Of a DNA stretch of 64,000 bases, positions 25,206 through 38,258 are shown in pieces. Source of the DNA: Hydrolagus colliei (taxonomy: Eukaryota); contig CM068754.1 in NCBI GenBank assembly GCA_035084275.1, forward strand, positions 9,672,001 through 9,736,000. The letters are read 5' to 3'. The first letter of the stretch is position 1, and every line of letters begins with the position of its first letter. A program made the translations under genes and the position numbers. Below the pieces are notes generated by a model. The model made no database searches. It was not told the origin of the DNA and was given only the letters and a program-made list of their open reading frames with translations.

Positions 25206-26423
25206 AGTGTAGTTAAAGGAATAACCCATCTATGCTTTTATTGAGACTGAATTTAAAATGAGCATAAAGGTAAGACATTAATGTTATAATAATTGGCTGA
25301 GATCCATTTTTTCTTCACACCTCATGAGAGCTATGATTTGTCCTGCTGTGGCTGCATGGCATTCCATTCATCGGTATGGTTAAGGATTGATGAAATTTTC
25401 CAAACTGAGGAAATCAAGTTTCAAGTGATAGACAGCTCTGGGATTTGATCTTACACCCTCTGGTTATGTATCTAATGGTGCTGTTACACTGCGACTTTCA
25501 TGCTAAGCCAAGATCTTCATTGTTCTTGAGCCAAATGTACAGTTTAGTGCTGCCAGCACTGACTGGTATTGATGTTGTTGATCCATCATTGTTGCTTTAC
25601 AACTGCAGCAATAAAACTGCCACAGGTGCAAAGGCTGCCTTTTATTCCATTTTTTGTAAATAAACTTTTTAAAATATATACTCATGTGCCACCATTTTAT
25701 TTTCAACGATAAAAACAAACTTTCAGGAGCTATTCTCAGTTGGTGTAAAACCTGGAGTAAAACATTAGAAAAAGCAGACAGCAAGTAGGATTGAACTGTG
25801 CATGTATGAAAGGCAGTTGCCATCCCTTATATTTTTTGTATGGGGCAGACAGCATAATAAAGTTTCCTCTTGCACACAGAGTTACACAAATATGGTTCTC
25901 TTCCAGCAAGTATAGTTGAGTCTTTGCATATCACTAAACTGGCCTCAGTGGGACTATTTGTTTGCAGTTGTGAATCAATTCAAATTGCATGCCTGCCAAT
26001 TTGTAGGCTTTGATGTTCATTTTTAATAAGTTTAACAATGCAGTGGCAGAGATTGGTTAATTCGCCACTGAGCTGTCACAATTGGAGAATTTTATTGAAA
26101 TTTCTCAAGTAAATTCCTTGATCTGGGTGAGAAATGGGTTTAAAACTTATAGGCAAATGTTACTTGTTAAAGAAAACAGAAATCTATCATGTTTAAACTC
26201 AGACATGGCAGCTCGCTCTTCCTCTTCTGGGACCGATGGTTATATGCTCAATCCCCACACCATAATTGAGGTTATAATCATTTTGTGACAAAGCTTGACA
26301 AGATACTAATTACATGTAGAGCGGAAAGGTTAATGGTTTTGGTTTTATTAATAAATTTAAACTTAACAGAAACTCCTAAAGTTGACACTTCTGTGGAAAT
26401 GGCTTCATTTATATTTTTGGTTG

Positions 26424-26465
26424 ATCACAAGATTAGTTAGGATGAGGAAGGGTCTCTGGCCCAAA
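26424..26465 (-). mobile_element. CR1-type 3' tail
   Basis: Reverse complement tgggccagagacccttcctcatcctaactaatcttgtgat matches the tails at ~22650 and ~60840. Confidence 0.55.
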
Positions 26466-27957
26466 AAAGAAATGTCCTATTGACCATCCATTATCTTGCT
26501 TGGGCAGTGATCTAAACCTCTGCTGGAGACCTCATTTAAGCCAGTATTGATGATACCAATCTGCTGATAGATACCACAGGTTATCACATTGAACAGTCAA
26601 ATATTACAAATCAATTGAACTAAAAGGGACAGAACTATTCTTCCATTATACGAATGGATATATCTGCAACAAATGGAAAAATAAACAGGCACATCCAGCC
26701 TATGAAAGAGACTAATTCTGTCGTACACCCACGAGGTCTCAGTTTGAAATAATAGACTCTTTGTAAGATTTGCTGCATCCATTTCTAAGTTTGTTTGTTT
26801 TAAGGGGGATAAACCATTAATACATAATATGACCTGCAGAGGGATTTTCATAAAACCACATGTTTAAATAATTGAACAATCTTTAAGTCTTTGCTTTTTG
26901 ATGGCGGTTACTAAATTGTTCAGAAGACAGTTTCTTTTTTTTAGTTCATTTTGCATAATCATCATTTAATGCTTTTAACAACCTTTATTTCTATAATTCC
27001 TTTAGAAACTTAGCAGTCAGTTTACAGAGAAACTTTAACCGCCACGCAAGTATTCACATGTATGTAAGCATTAGTGTTTTTTCTTTGAGAAATATGCAGT
27101 TATAAGAACATTATTTTAAAGCAATTTTATACTTGGATTTTGTTTAGTTATTAAGTTGATGATTAATAATGCATTCATATTAATTAACCAAGTTGAACAG
27201 TGGTGTTATTCACTTCTTGACGTAAAACAGTACATAAGTGAAATTTATACCCATTTGTGTAATTGATCTGAATGAAAAGTAATTAATTTTACACTAGTGT
27301 CTATTGTGGAGTGATCGAGAGCTGACGAACGGTAGTTTTACTGCCAGCAACACATCACTCCGGTACAGGGCATATTGCAAGTCATGTACATGTGCACAGT
27401 TCTCCTACCCAGCTCCAAAATATTGTTAATTTTTAACATTGTTAAAAGTCAAGTGTCCCGACAATTCTTTTAATAACATTAACCTACACATTATTAACAG
27501 TCCAATGGCCTGCCTAGATGCTTTGGCTTCATTTTCCATCAAATGCAATCAGACTAAAGTTGTATGACAGCCAATATAAATCGAAAGAGGTCTGAGATTC
27601 CCTCCCTAAGGTAATTTTTGCACCACTTTCCTGAGATGGGCACTTGAACCCTAGTACTGAAGGTACACTCCAGTGTTTGCATTGATTCAATATATAAAAA
27701 AGCAAAGTCAACAAAATCTGTGGTGTAACTACAACATAAGAAATATTCTGTGGGCATTGTCTGATCCGATTTCAGTATTAATCATTGTAAACTGTTCATG
27801 GCAAATGATGAAAAATTGTTCATTTTGAGTATTACACAAATACTTATGTAAATTCAGACTTTTACAGCTGTTTTGCTCTTTAGAATGAATGAACCTAAGT
27901 TTCAAGAAAATATAAACTCTTAGACATGGTGAATATGCTTAGAACATACCAAGTATT

Positions 27958-28270
27958 TTAATAATAATAACAATGCTTGCATTGGATATAACGCTTATCA
28001 CATCTTCTGGATGTCTCAAAGCACTTCACAATATATACTGTAAAGTGAATTGACTGTACATTTGTGGGCGAAACACGGCAGCTTTTTTCGCACAGCAGTG
28101 TCCCACAGACAGCAGTGGATTGAAATGACCAATTTATTGATTTGTTTTGTGGGATTATTATTAAGCATGTGGAATAAGGAAATTTACCCAAGGTTTTGCC
28201 CTGCCTGGAATTGAACCCAGGTATCTTTCTTTTAAAGTGAGTGTTCTAAGCACTGAGGCTAAAGGGCTTC
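27958..28270 (-). mobile_element. Full-length tRNA-derived SINE
   Basis: Pol III B box (ggttcaattcc on minus), core, Deu segment and (att)n tail. Confidence 0.95.
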
Positions 28271-29154
28271 AGATATCTGGGGACAGTGTACAGTTTGGGG
28301 ACACGACATCTCAAACGACTGCCAAGATGGTGGAAGTTGAACCAGATGGATTGTAATCTTCTTTTGCCAACAAATTCTTACATTCAATATCCCCTCCAAA
28401 TGAGCTTTAAAACTCTCTCACGCATTTTGTTCTTCCAGCAATTGCCCCTAAAGCACACTCTGGGCTCTCCACAAGCCTTGGCTCTTGTCAACCTCTGCCT
28501 AATATAGAGTTAGATTGATCAAGATGTGTATCTTTATCTCTATCTCAACAATCTATCTCTGGGAATTTCCAGGTGTAGGTGGGATGCATGGAATTCTCAG
28601 TTGGGCTCTGAGACTCTTAAGCAACATTGAGCATACATTAAGCATACTCATTGTTATGCATTAAACTCATGTCTCCAATACTCTGCAAATATTAACCTCT
28701 TATGCAGTATTAACTTTAAAGCAGTGACTGTCAAGAGTAGCTGGGTTGGTGGAATGAGTGTTTGTATCTTGGCCTTAACTAACATTCATACTCGATTGCC
28801 CTAGTAGAGCGAGGTGTGGCATTTCTCAGCTTGGTTGACATATGAAACACTGATACATCTCAATCTCTCAGTGACAGGAAACCATTTCCTGCTTCTTCTG
28901 CCTCCTCCCACCTCTCCCACAAGAGTGAGAATGATGAAGCTCAGCCACAAACGCACAGCCTATGTTTTCCCTGCCCTTTTGATTAGATGCAGGTGACAGC
29001 AGTGTGGTTCCCTACTAAAAAATTTCAATCTATGGGACATATCCCATAGCCATTTTAAAATTCCATATCTCAACCAAGCTTATATCTGTTAAATTTAGTT
29101 CAGTTGAGGGTGAATGTCAGTTAAGATCATGATACAAACTCCCACTCAGATGTC

Positions 29155-29530
29155 TTATTACCCTGATAGCATTCTTGCCTCTGAGGAAGAAGGATATGGG
29201 TTCATTTCCCCCAGACTTGTGCAGTGCAGTGCTGGGGGAGCAATGCATTGTCAGAGGTACCGACCTTCATATGAGATGTTGAAACCAGAGTCCCATCTGC
29301 CCGTTCACATGGAGGTTTAAGATCCCCCTGACATGATTCGAAAAGAGAAGGCAGATCCTCCAAGTGTCCTGGCCAACAAACTTCAGCTTAAATTTGATTT
29401 GTGGCTGTTTGTCGTGTTTGCCTACAAAAATTCATTCACCACACTTCACAGTAAACATCCTTTGAGGTGCTTTGAGATATATAGACAATGTGATAAGCTG
29501 TCATATCAAGTTAAATATTGTTACTAATAA
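29155..29530 (+). mobile_element. Old near full-length DeuSINE (SacSINE1-like)
   Basis: Head tagcattcttgcctctgag...gggttc; Deu domain gcattgtcagaggtaccgaccttcatatgagatgttgaaacc, agatccc, gtgtcctggccaac; tail. Confidence 0.82.
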
Positions 29531-29536
29531 TGATAG

Positions 29537-29603
29537 TCAGTGCCTTGGGACATCCTCCCGATGTGAAAGGCGCTCTATAAATGTAATTTTGTTGTTGTTG
29601 TTG
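29537..29603 (+). mobile_element. Stand-alone L2 3' tail
   Basis: cagtgccttgggacatcctcccgatgtgaaaggcgctctataaatgtaatt(ttg)n. Confidence 0.9.
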
Positions 29604-31683
29604 ATAGAAGTACAACTATACAGGTGAAAGGGGCTATTTTTCAATTGTTTAACCATTTTAAACGTAATGTTTTTAATTCAATGCGTATCTACATTAACTT
29701 TATTCTGGCGTTGGTTGTTTGAATTGAGTGACCTTTCTGTTACTTTACAGCTACAAAATTAAACACATGCCTTTCCATAATACTAGGATTACTGGTTCCA
29801 TGTCAAAAGGCCTGAGCCACCAGTTTTAATATAAAGATATAAAATATGTAACAAATTCAATGATGAAACAATAATGTTTATCTTCTATTTTTCAGAAGGC
29901 ATCCTGTTATCTTTGGCCACGCTCGCAGAGAAGGAATCTCTTTATTGTGGTCTGGCACAGATCCAAACCGTGACATTTTTTGCATACTTCTGTAACACAA
30001 AGGCTGCAAACAATACAAGAAGTTTAACATTTTAGTTGAATTTGATCAATAGGAGGCATTCTTTTTAGGGTTTATAATAATAATAATCATCCTTGCATTG
30101 TAATCAACTTGTTGCGAAGAGCAGCATTTAAAACATAATAAATGAAGTACTAACCAGCTTCAATGTATTTTGTCAAAGAACTGTGCAATTGCGAAAAAAT
30201 ATATATATTGTGTGCGTGAGCTGCATTGTCTAAAGGGCTCATTTTCGAAACATTTCCAACTCTGCAGGTCAGAACCAGAAAGAAACAGCTCACAAAAGAA
30301 GCAAACGATTCTGACATTTATGAGACCAAGTTTTATTTTCTTTCTGAGATAATAGCAATTAATTAGCTTAACAGTTCATTTCAGCTGCTAAGCTAAAATG
30401 TTTTACCGGCTTTAACAGCTTTGGGTTCCCAGATGGAAACATTTGTTTGAAAGGAATATTTGCTCAGATGTCAACTCACCTCCATCCATTGTACAGTAAT
30501 TGTTTTATAGATACAACGGGATAATAGGATTACTTTGTTCATATCAATAGATTTCTAATGCATTATTACTTTCATCTTCAGTCTTTGTCTAAAACCATGA
30601 ACCTTTGTGGTTTTGAAAATTTATGTATAATAACTTCTTGCTTTTAGTGCTTAATTAACCATAGAGTTGATTTTTTGAACATCTGATAAGTACCATAACC
30701 TTAGCATTCTTACTGAGCTATATTTTCTCAGGCTCAGATTATACAGAGCTGTACTTTTCATCAGTTCCTCTGTGGTTGTTTGAGTATTGTTGCATTTCAC
30801 AAAAAGCTAGAGAATAAAATCAAGATGCTACATTCTGCATAGTTTTGGAGTAGTTTGAGGCAACCAAATTGTTCCTTTGGTTGAATATTTTAAGTTACAA
30901 AATATTTTAAGTTACAAGTGCCCAAATGTTACTGAAGGCTTCTTTTTTATTTTGTCAATGTCGTGCATTTTGCAATATAGTTCGGAAAGATTTGATTTGA
31001 TGAGAAACATATGTTATTGATAATGCAAATCATAAGAATGTAAGTGGCCCTCTCAGATCAATATGGCTTCTTTTTTTTCCCCCCTGAAAACTGTGTCAGC
31101 CAGTTCCTATCTTATTATTAATCTTTGCAGTTTTACAAGACAGAAAATCTGTCACCACTTGTCTTTTCAGTGTGTGTGACACTGCAAGCTTGTCAAAACA
31201 GACAGCTGTTAAACTGAATTATCGTCTGTCTCCAGAAATGCAGCTCTTGCCAGATGCAAAGGCCATCTGCAGTACAGAAGTGGTACAGGGTGGTTTTTAA
31301 ACAGTGTGGATATTCTGGTAATTGAATAGAATGTCTGTGACATGCAACCTGACTCATACAGAACATAGCCAGCCAGCTTGTGAGCAGCACAGCCAAGAGT
31401 TACAGAGGGTTGCCAACCCGGTACCATATCTAAGGCCAGCACACATCTGCACACAATTCTGATTTTATGCTTTATATTCCGAGTTTGCTTTCTCTCGGGT
31501 TAAAATCCTGAACCCTATTATTGCTAAAATACACAGTCAAACTTTCTCTCTTGCATTCCTGGACTCCTTGTTAAAAATTTTAAACGGAGATTGATACGAC
31601 CAAAAATTAAAGATGACAAAAGTAATATCTTGACATGAGCAAAGTTTAACTACTGTGTCACGTACATATGAACTCCAATATAA

Positions 31684-31770
31684 AAACATATGAACATAAG
31701 AAATGCTAGACGGAAAAAAGACAAAGGTCCATCTAGTGCTCCTTCCACCTTCCTAGTGGTTGCATGTCCA
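31684..31770 (-). mobile_element. CR1 3' terminus
   Basis: acatatgaacataagaaatgctagacggaaaaaagacaaaggtccatctag, i.e. (ttcttatg)-type terminal repeats on the minus strand. Confidence 0.65.
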
Positions 31771-32169
31771 TATGTCCTGAACCATCCATATACTAATAAA
31801 AACATTATTGATCTGAGTACTCTTTTTAAACAAAATTGATGTTGGCACATAGCATGATTCCATTACATATTAAATAGAAGTTATGATACATTATACCATG
31901 CTTGATTATCATACCCCTACTAAAGAGGATGATGGCCTTTCATGGGACTCAAATCGCCAATTACAATTTGGTTGTCAAATCCACAGGTAATCACCACATA
32001 CCCTGGAGATAGTCAGTAGAAAGTTCATAAGAAGTTTCAATTACATTTAAATATTCAACACAATTCACATAAACTTCATAATATCTGCAATTAGCTTGCT
32101 GTTGGAATGAAATATTAAAATAAGGCTAACGAATGGCAGGGAATGGTGTTTTGCATTTATCAGAAAGTG

Positions 32170-33582
32170 TTATTATGTGAAGATGAAATCTCGCTGAAGG
32201 TTTTGTAATTGCTGGCAGAGAGTCTGGATGCTACCTGCAGGTTCATTAACATAATTAAATGGCAACTTAATCTTTCTGAGACATCATCATGGGCGGCAAC
32301 ATAAGTCTGCAGTTAAGAAAAATACATTTATATTATTTTTATAATACTTCACTTGTAAATTTGGAAGCTATGATTATTAGTTTTGGAATGCACACAATTA
32401 CAATTATAAGAATTACATAGTCTTGTTCTGAGAGGAACATTATTCTGGATGTACAGCTTGAATATATCTGGAGACCTTCTTGAATAAACGTGAGATCTTG
32501 CTGAAGGTTTCTTTATGATTTCTGCCTGTTAGACTTTCAATGCTGGCTACAGTAATTGTTTAATCACATTAATCCAATCTCTTGTAAATATCATCAATGG
32601 CTAAAGCATATGTAAATGCTTTGATTGTTAGGCATCAGGTTTGTATTGATGTAAAGCAGGCTTGAAGGGAGAATATTTATAAAGTGTACTACAGTACTAT
32701 GAAAACCTCACATTGGTTGCTTCAGGCAACTGTTTGGAACAACTAAGGTCCATGTTTGATTTTACTTTCAGTCCTTTTAACTCACCCAGAGTTACAATTT
32801 GTTCCACCATTGTAATCCTTGCAACTGTCCCAGTTACATTCATTGTGCACTTTAACATTGCATTTTGTTTTGTACTGACAAATACTATAACACATTGTAT
32901 TTCATAACAATTTTACCAGATTAAATTTGAAGTAGATATTAACTTTACTGGATATATTTTTATTTCAAAACAGCAATTTACATTGATACAGAATCTTTGA
33001 TGTTGCCAGGATGTTTCAAAGTACCTGTAACTTCATATAACTGATTGGAAGCCCAAGCTAGGAAGGGAGCCGAGGAAAGGAGTTATAGGCATTCGAATAT
33101 ACAGGCAAAAAAATAGGTCTTGAGGCCGATTTTGAAGACTGCGAGGGAGAGGATAAAACTCAACCTGACCTTTACCTGGTGTACTCTGCAGAATAATTGT
33201 AAAGCATTTTACAAAACCATGAGCAATTATCCTGTAAATAGCAACAGGGAATCTACAGCACATGGAAACATCATTCATTATTCATTAGCTCAGGTATTCA
33301 AATTGTATCTGGTGTCACTGGAATGTAGGTGGCTATGAATCGGGTTGAACAAATCATATTTAAAGCTTGCCCAGTTGCCTGTTGGGTTGATGAACTATTC
33401 CAAGATGCTCAATTCACCTGAGCATCAAACCCATCAAAAGGTTTCCTGGAACACTCATGAATAGGGGAACAGAGAACTACAGCAATTGGCAAGCGTTTGT
33501 GTCTGAGTTTTTGATGCTATTGTTCTTCTTCTCTAGTCATAGATCTTATTGGAACACAATGATGGTCAATTCTATATCTTAT
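32170..33582 (-). pseudogene. Possible fossil spliced coding locus of unknown family
   Basis: GT-AG bounded segments 33582-33418, 33231-33176, 32874-32786, 32660-32417 and 32306-~32170 with compatible phases. The last two are mutually homologous at codon level. Stops and frameshifts are present; no homolog recognised. Confidence 0.3.
32965..33160 (-). mobile_element. Old L2 3' fragment
   Basis: Degenerate tail plus aggtcttgaggccgattttgaag (cf. gggtcttgaggcgggacttgaag at 10310). Confidence 0.65.
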
Positions 33583-33708
33583 CTGTAACAATGTGAAAGG
33601 CAAAGATGGTGTTGAAAAAGAAGAATCATAAAGTTCTTAAGTTAGAATTGTGATATAAATAGGCACTTTCATTTCAGTGCAAGCAGATACAATTTTAAAG
33701 CCTTAGCT

Positions 33709-33908
33709 CAGAGGTTCCCAAACTAGTGGTCTGCGAGCTCCATTCAGGTGGTCTACGGAAACGTTGCGAAACAATCGAGAATATACAAAGTGCTTTACAA
33801 TAATTAGCTAATAGTACAATCAATATTAGGAAAGATCATTAAGTGGTCCGCTGAGATCCTCAGCAAGTTTCAAGAGGCCCGTGAAAAAACAATGTTTGAG
33901 AACCACTG
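33709..33908. mobile_element. 200-bp hAT (Charlie-type) MITE
   Basis: TIRs CAGAGGTTCCCAAAC / GTTTGAGAACCACTG; perfect 8-bp TSD ccttagct at 33701-33708 and 33909-33916. Confidence 0.93.
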
Positions 33909-34816
33909 CCTTAGCTAATGGATAATTTGCTTCAGTGTGCTGTAGAATCCCTCTTGCTGTTTCCAAGAGAATTGCCAGTGGTTTTGGTGATGGAAACCAA
34001 GTTTGGGACTGTGGTCTGACAATAATGTCAGCAATGTGGATATCAGATAAACTCCATACTCTGCAAGTCGCTAAGATATCACCAGGGCCTCAGTTTTCAG
34101 CAAGGCATGAAGAGCATCAGAGCAACTGCATAGAGAGGTTCCAAACATTGTACAGTACCTGAATTCAAAGCTCAGTTTCTTGCAGATGTTCCAAAACCCA
34201 GTATTGCTGGTGGCTCCAACACACAGCAGGGGAAAGAGACTGTCGGCCGGGTCTCAGCCAGTCCTGAGCAAAGGATTGGATTGGAAGTAAATTGTTCTGT
34301 ACAGCTGCTCACTGTAACACACACAAATAATTATCATTTTTGGCCATTTGAGAAGCACCAGGTGTTATCATTAGAGCGTCCACAACTCTATTAAACACTT
34401 GGCAGTCCAGGCAGGTTTGATTCGAAATATGTTGAACGGTAGTGTTTTTTTCTTCACAAATTACAGTGATGTAAAAAAGAATCTTTACATTTGACATTAT
34501 TTGTGTAACATCAAAAGGTTTCAAAGTGCTTCACAGTTAGTTGCCCTAAACTTATAACTTTTGTGCATTTTCTGTATGGTATCTTAGCAATAAATAATTT
34601 AGATTTAAGACCTTTAATGGTGAATGTCGATAAAGAACAGAAGTCATGCCTTTTAGGATCAGCTATGAAATGGTATATTGATACTGGAATTGCTTTATTG
34701 ATGTCTTGTGGTAGAACACAGTGATTTATTTACATGTTGAAACTTTTGTTTTATAGATCAATCCTTAAAGTATCAGTAAATATTAACCATATTAGCAAAT
34801 ATGAGCTACAGGATGA

Positions 34817-35182
34817 AGAGACCTGAGTTCAATTGCCGACAAGTAACAGACCTGAGTTCGATTCCCGGCAGAGCAAAACCTTGAGCAAATTTCCTTACTC
34901 CACATGCCTGATAATAATCCCACAAGAAGAAAAAATCCACGAATGTTTGTGAAACACTGCAGTGCGCAATTGGCTGCCGAGTTTCAACACCCCCACACCC
35001 CCTCCCCACCCCGCTGCGCATTTCCTCCACAAACATATACAGTGAGCTGAGACACCGTCTGGCGTGGAGGGCACTATATAAATCAAAGTTGTTGTTGTTG
35101 TTGAATTCACTTTACAATATTTTCTGTGAAGCTTTTTGAGACGTCCGGAAGACATCAAAAGTGCTATATCAATACAATAATT
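34817..35182 (+). mobile_element. SINE with duplicated B-box segment and nested LINE tail
   Basis: agacctgagttc occurs twice; core and Deu segment follow; the tail is split by the insertion at 35047-35103. Confidence 0.88.
35047..35103 (+). mobile_element. 3' tail of a second L2 family, nested in a SINE
   Basis: gagacaccgtctggcgtggagggcactatataaatcaaa(gtt)n matches the tail of 54796-54972. Confidence 0.8.
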
Positions 35183-38160
35183 ACATTTTTAAAATGAATA
35201 TATCATTGAGATTGTACCCTGCTGAAATAATCACATGTTTAAACACCCAGATGAGGGGCTTTTTTTTAATTGTGCTATTAAAAATTTTTAGTTTATATAT
35301 AACTAAAGAAAAAAAATGCTCTGTGAACTGGGCTCATTTCTCCAAAATGGTGGTCAAAATATCAATGCAAAATACAAGAAGAGAAACTGAACACAGATTG
35401 GGTTAATTGGCAATCATAGAACACTGCATCATACACTAATTAAGTACAGAAAGTCGTTTCTGTCATAAATATGTTTTATCCTCGGCAATTTTGGTTTTTA
35501 TTTCTAGCCAGTAATGGAAACTGGCACCTTTGACTTTTTGTAATATGACAAGTTAAATGATTTAAATGAGCAATTATCTGAGAGTCTGTCCTAATGTCTG
35601 CTGTGATACATTCACAGTGTTAATGTGACCTGCCAGTGTTAAGGAATAAAAGGACTTTTGCAGAATGCTACCTCCCAAGCATGCTACTTTCAAGGACACC
35701 AACAGAGATCAAGCGTTGATATAATTAAATGAATCATTAGGATTACAACAAGGGATCCATTTAAAAGACAAAAGTTGCTAATGGTTGTGGTTACAGTAAG
35801 TTAAGCTATTTATTCAGTGTTACTTGTAGTTAACAGGTATCAGAGAATGTATTAAAATGCATTCAAAGCTGACATGAGCAAGGTGGGTTACTACACTGAA
35901 ATTCATATGGGTGGGGGGAGGGGGTGGGGTGTGAGTGAAAGGGGATATCTAGTAAACAGTTTAGTTATATACTGTAGTTTGATAACTTTTGATCCAAATT
36001 CAAAATTCCTTGGATGGAGAAACACATTACCACAATCTCATTCATGATGTTGGAGAAGGAACATTCCTTTGAGGTGCCAATAACACTGCTCTTAAAGCTG
36101 GTAGGACGATATTGTCTGTATGGGTCCATAGTAATTGTCTATTGCAGTGGCCTCTGTTGTGCAATCACCTAACAGGAACACCGCTTGCTCTATTGCTCTA
36201 CGTGCCTATAATCATCTTGTCATTCAGTCTGACTGCTTTGTGATCGAAACTGGTGGGATTCATTCATACTATTTCTTGATGGAAATGCAAATGGGGCTAA
36301 CTTCTAGTACATCATCCTGAACCATAGAAACTCTGTTTTGAAGTACTCTACTCCTGGAGCAGAGATCCTGTTGGTCAATGGAAATCCTAGAGGAATGTTG
36401 TCAAAAAATACAGCAACTTAGAGGTCTTTCACTGATACCCTTTGCTATATATTAGAGTAGATAAGTTGGAGATGTTTGGGGTTTGACTGTAAAAAAAAGT
36501 GTATTTTGTTTCCAGTACCTTGTTACTGCAATTATGTAAAGAGGATATCAAGCATGGCTTCATTCCATTATCTTGAAACAGCCAAGGTTAGTATCAATAA
36601 ATGAATATTGTTAAATACAAAGTAATAATGGATTTAATGCCCTCAAAGCAATTTTAATTTGAATAATATTACCACATTGGAAAGAAAATGACGCGGTGAC
36701 AAAGCTATTTCAGATATAAGCTTTGACTGATTTTTGTCTGGATCAATCTTGGAGTTTTATAAAAGTTTATTTCAAGGGTAATAAAAGATGTTACATTTGT
36801 AACATTTTGATTAAATATTTGGCCAGTTTTGTGTCGAACTACTGGTCCTGGAAGCTTTAACTCTTGGTCCATACATTTCCATCCTGTGAGCTTCTCAGGG
36901 ATTTAACAGGCCCTGACTGACTGATCCCAGTTCTCCAGCATGTGGACTTCATTAGAAGCTTATGATCCTGAGCCTGGCTGTTTACTGTAATTGAACTTCA
37001 ACTTGTTTTATCAATCTATTAGCCAGCAATGCGCAATCTATTGGCTGTAGTTATGATGAAGGGTTGTCATGGCAAACAGGATTTCATTATAAAACATTGT
37101 AATTAATTTATATTTGACTATTTTTTGATTTTTTTTAAACAAGTATATTGTTGCTCATTACACCCACATTATAGCTTTGAGTTATTGGGATTGGAAAGAG
37201 TTAAGTTATACCTGCAAATCCTTGAATAATATAACTGCTTGACCAGAAAGTAAATAACAGTCCCTGTGCATTTTTGCAAACAAAAGGAGAGACGTGATGG
37301 GAGTGACAATATTCACTAACATTTAGTTCACTTGTACAAATAACAATTGTGATGTATAAATTGCTGTTATAATTGCTTTCTCTTTAATAATATTTGTCGC
37401 AGTTTTGAATGAGAGTTTCTTTGAAATAAGATATTGATCAGATGTTTTCCAGCAGATATTTAACATGGAAAATCATAAGACAGCTGCAATTGGGATACTG
37501 GTTTATTTATGCCAAGAATGTATATTTAGAAGCTAGAGAATGATAAAGGTCATATTCCGTGATTATTTTTCTTTTGGGATATTGAAATATTATTTTGATA
37601 TCTTGCAATAGTAAAATATATCATTCTTAACTATGGTTCCAAATTAATTCATTTATGGGAGATTATTGTTCAGTAGGATTGTGGTTTTAAAGCACTCAAT
37701 TTTTTTATAACCACTTTAATTTGATTATTTAATGCAAAAACTATAAAACCAGATGCCTCAGATCAACAACTCTGGTTTGCCTTAATTGCACTACTGGAGA
37801 AATATAAACGTAAAAATATTTTTTTGGCTACCACATACTGTAGCAGTTTAAGAGCTCAGTAAATGTTAATATTCACTTCTGGAACATTTCTCGACACAGT
37901 ATGATGTCTGTATTTTACTATTATTCTCTCTTGAGGTACAGTATAAATCTAACATGCTATAAAGGTACAACCTAATGTAACAGGCTGCTTCTGGTGTGTA
38001 AGCCTGGGTGAATTACAACTTTCAGGATCTTATGTGAGATATCACTAATGTAATCCAGGTTTAAAGAATAGGTTGTGAAATGCCAATGATTTTTATAAGT
38101 TAGTTTAATGGAGTCGTTGCACTTTGGATAAACACGATGGCGAGTGAAAGATTGGAATTA

Positions 38161-38258
38161 TACAACAATAACTTGCGTTTTTACAGCACCCTTCACATGG
38201 GGTAGGGTCTTGGAGAGCTGAACAATGCCAAGTTTGTCGCCGAGCCAGAGTAGGGTAA
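38161..38258 (-). mobile_element. Second-family L2 3' end, degenerate
   Basis: acaacaataacttgcgtttttacagcacccttcac...gccgagccag, similar to 54796. Confidence 0.65.
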
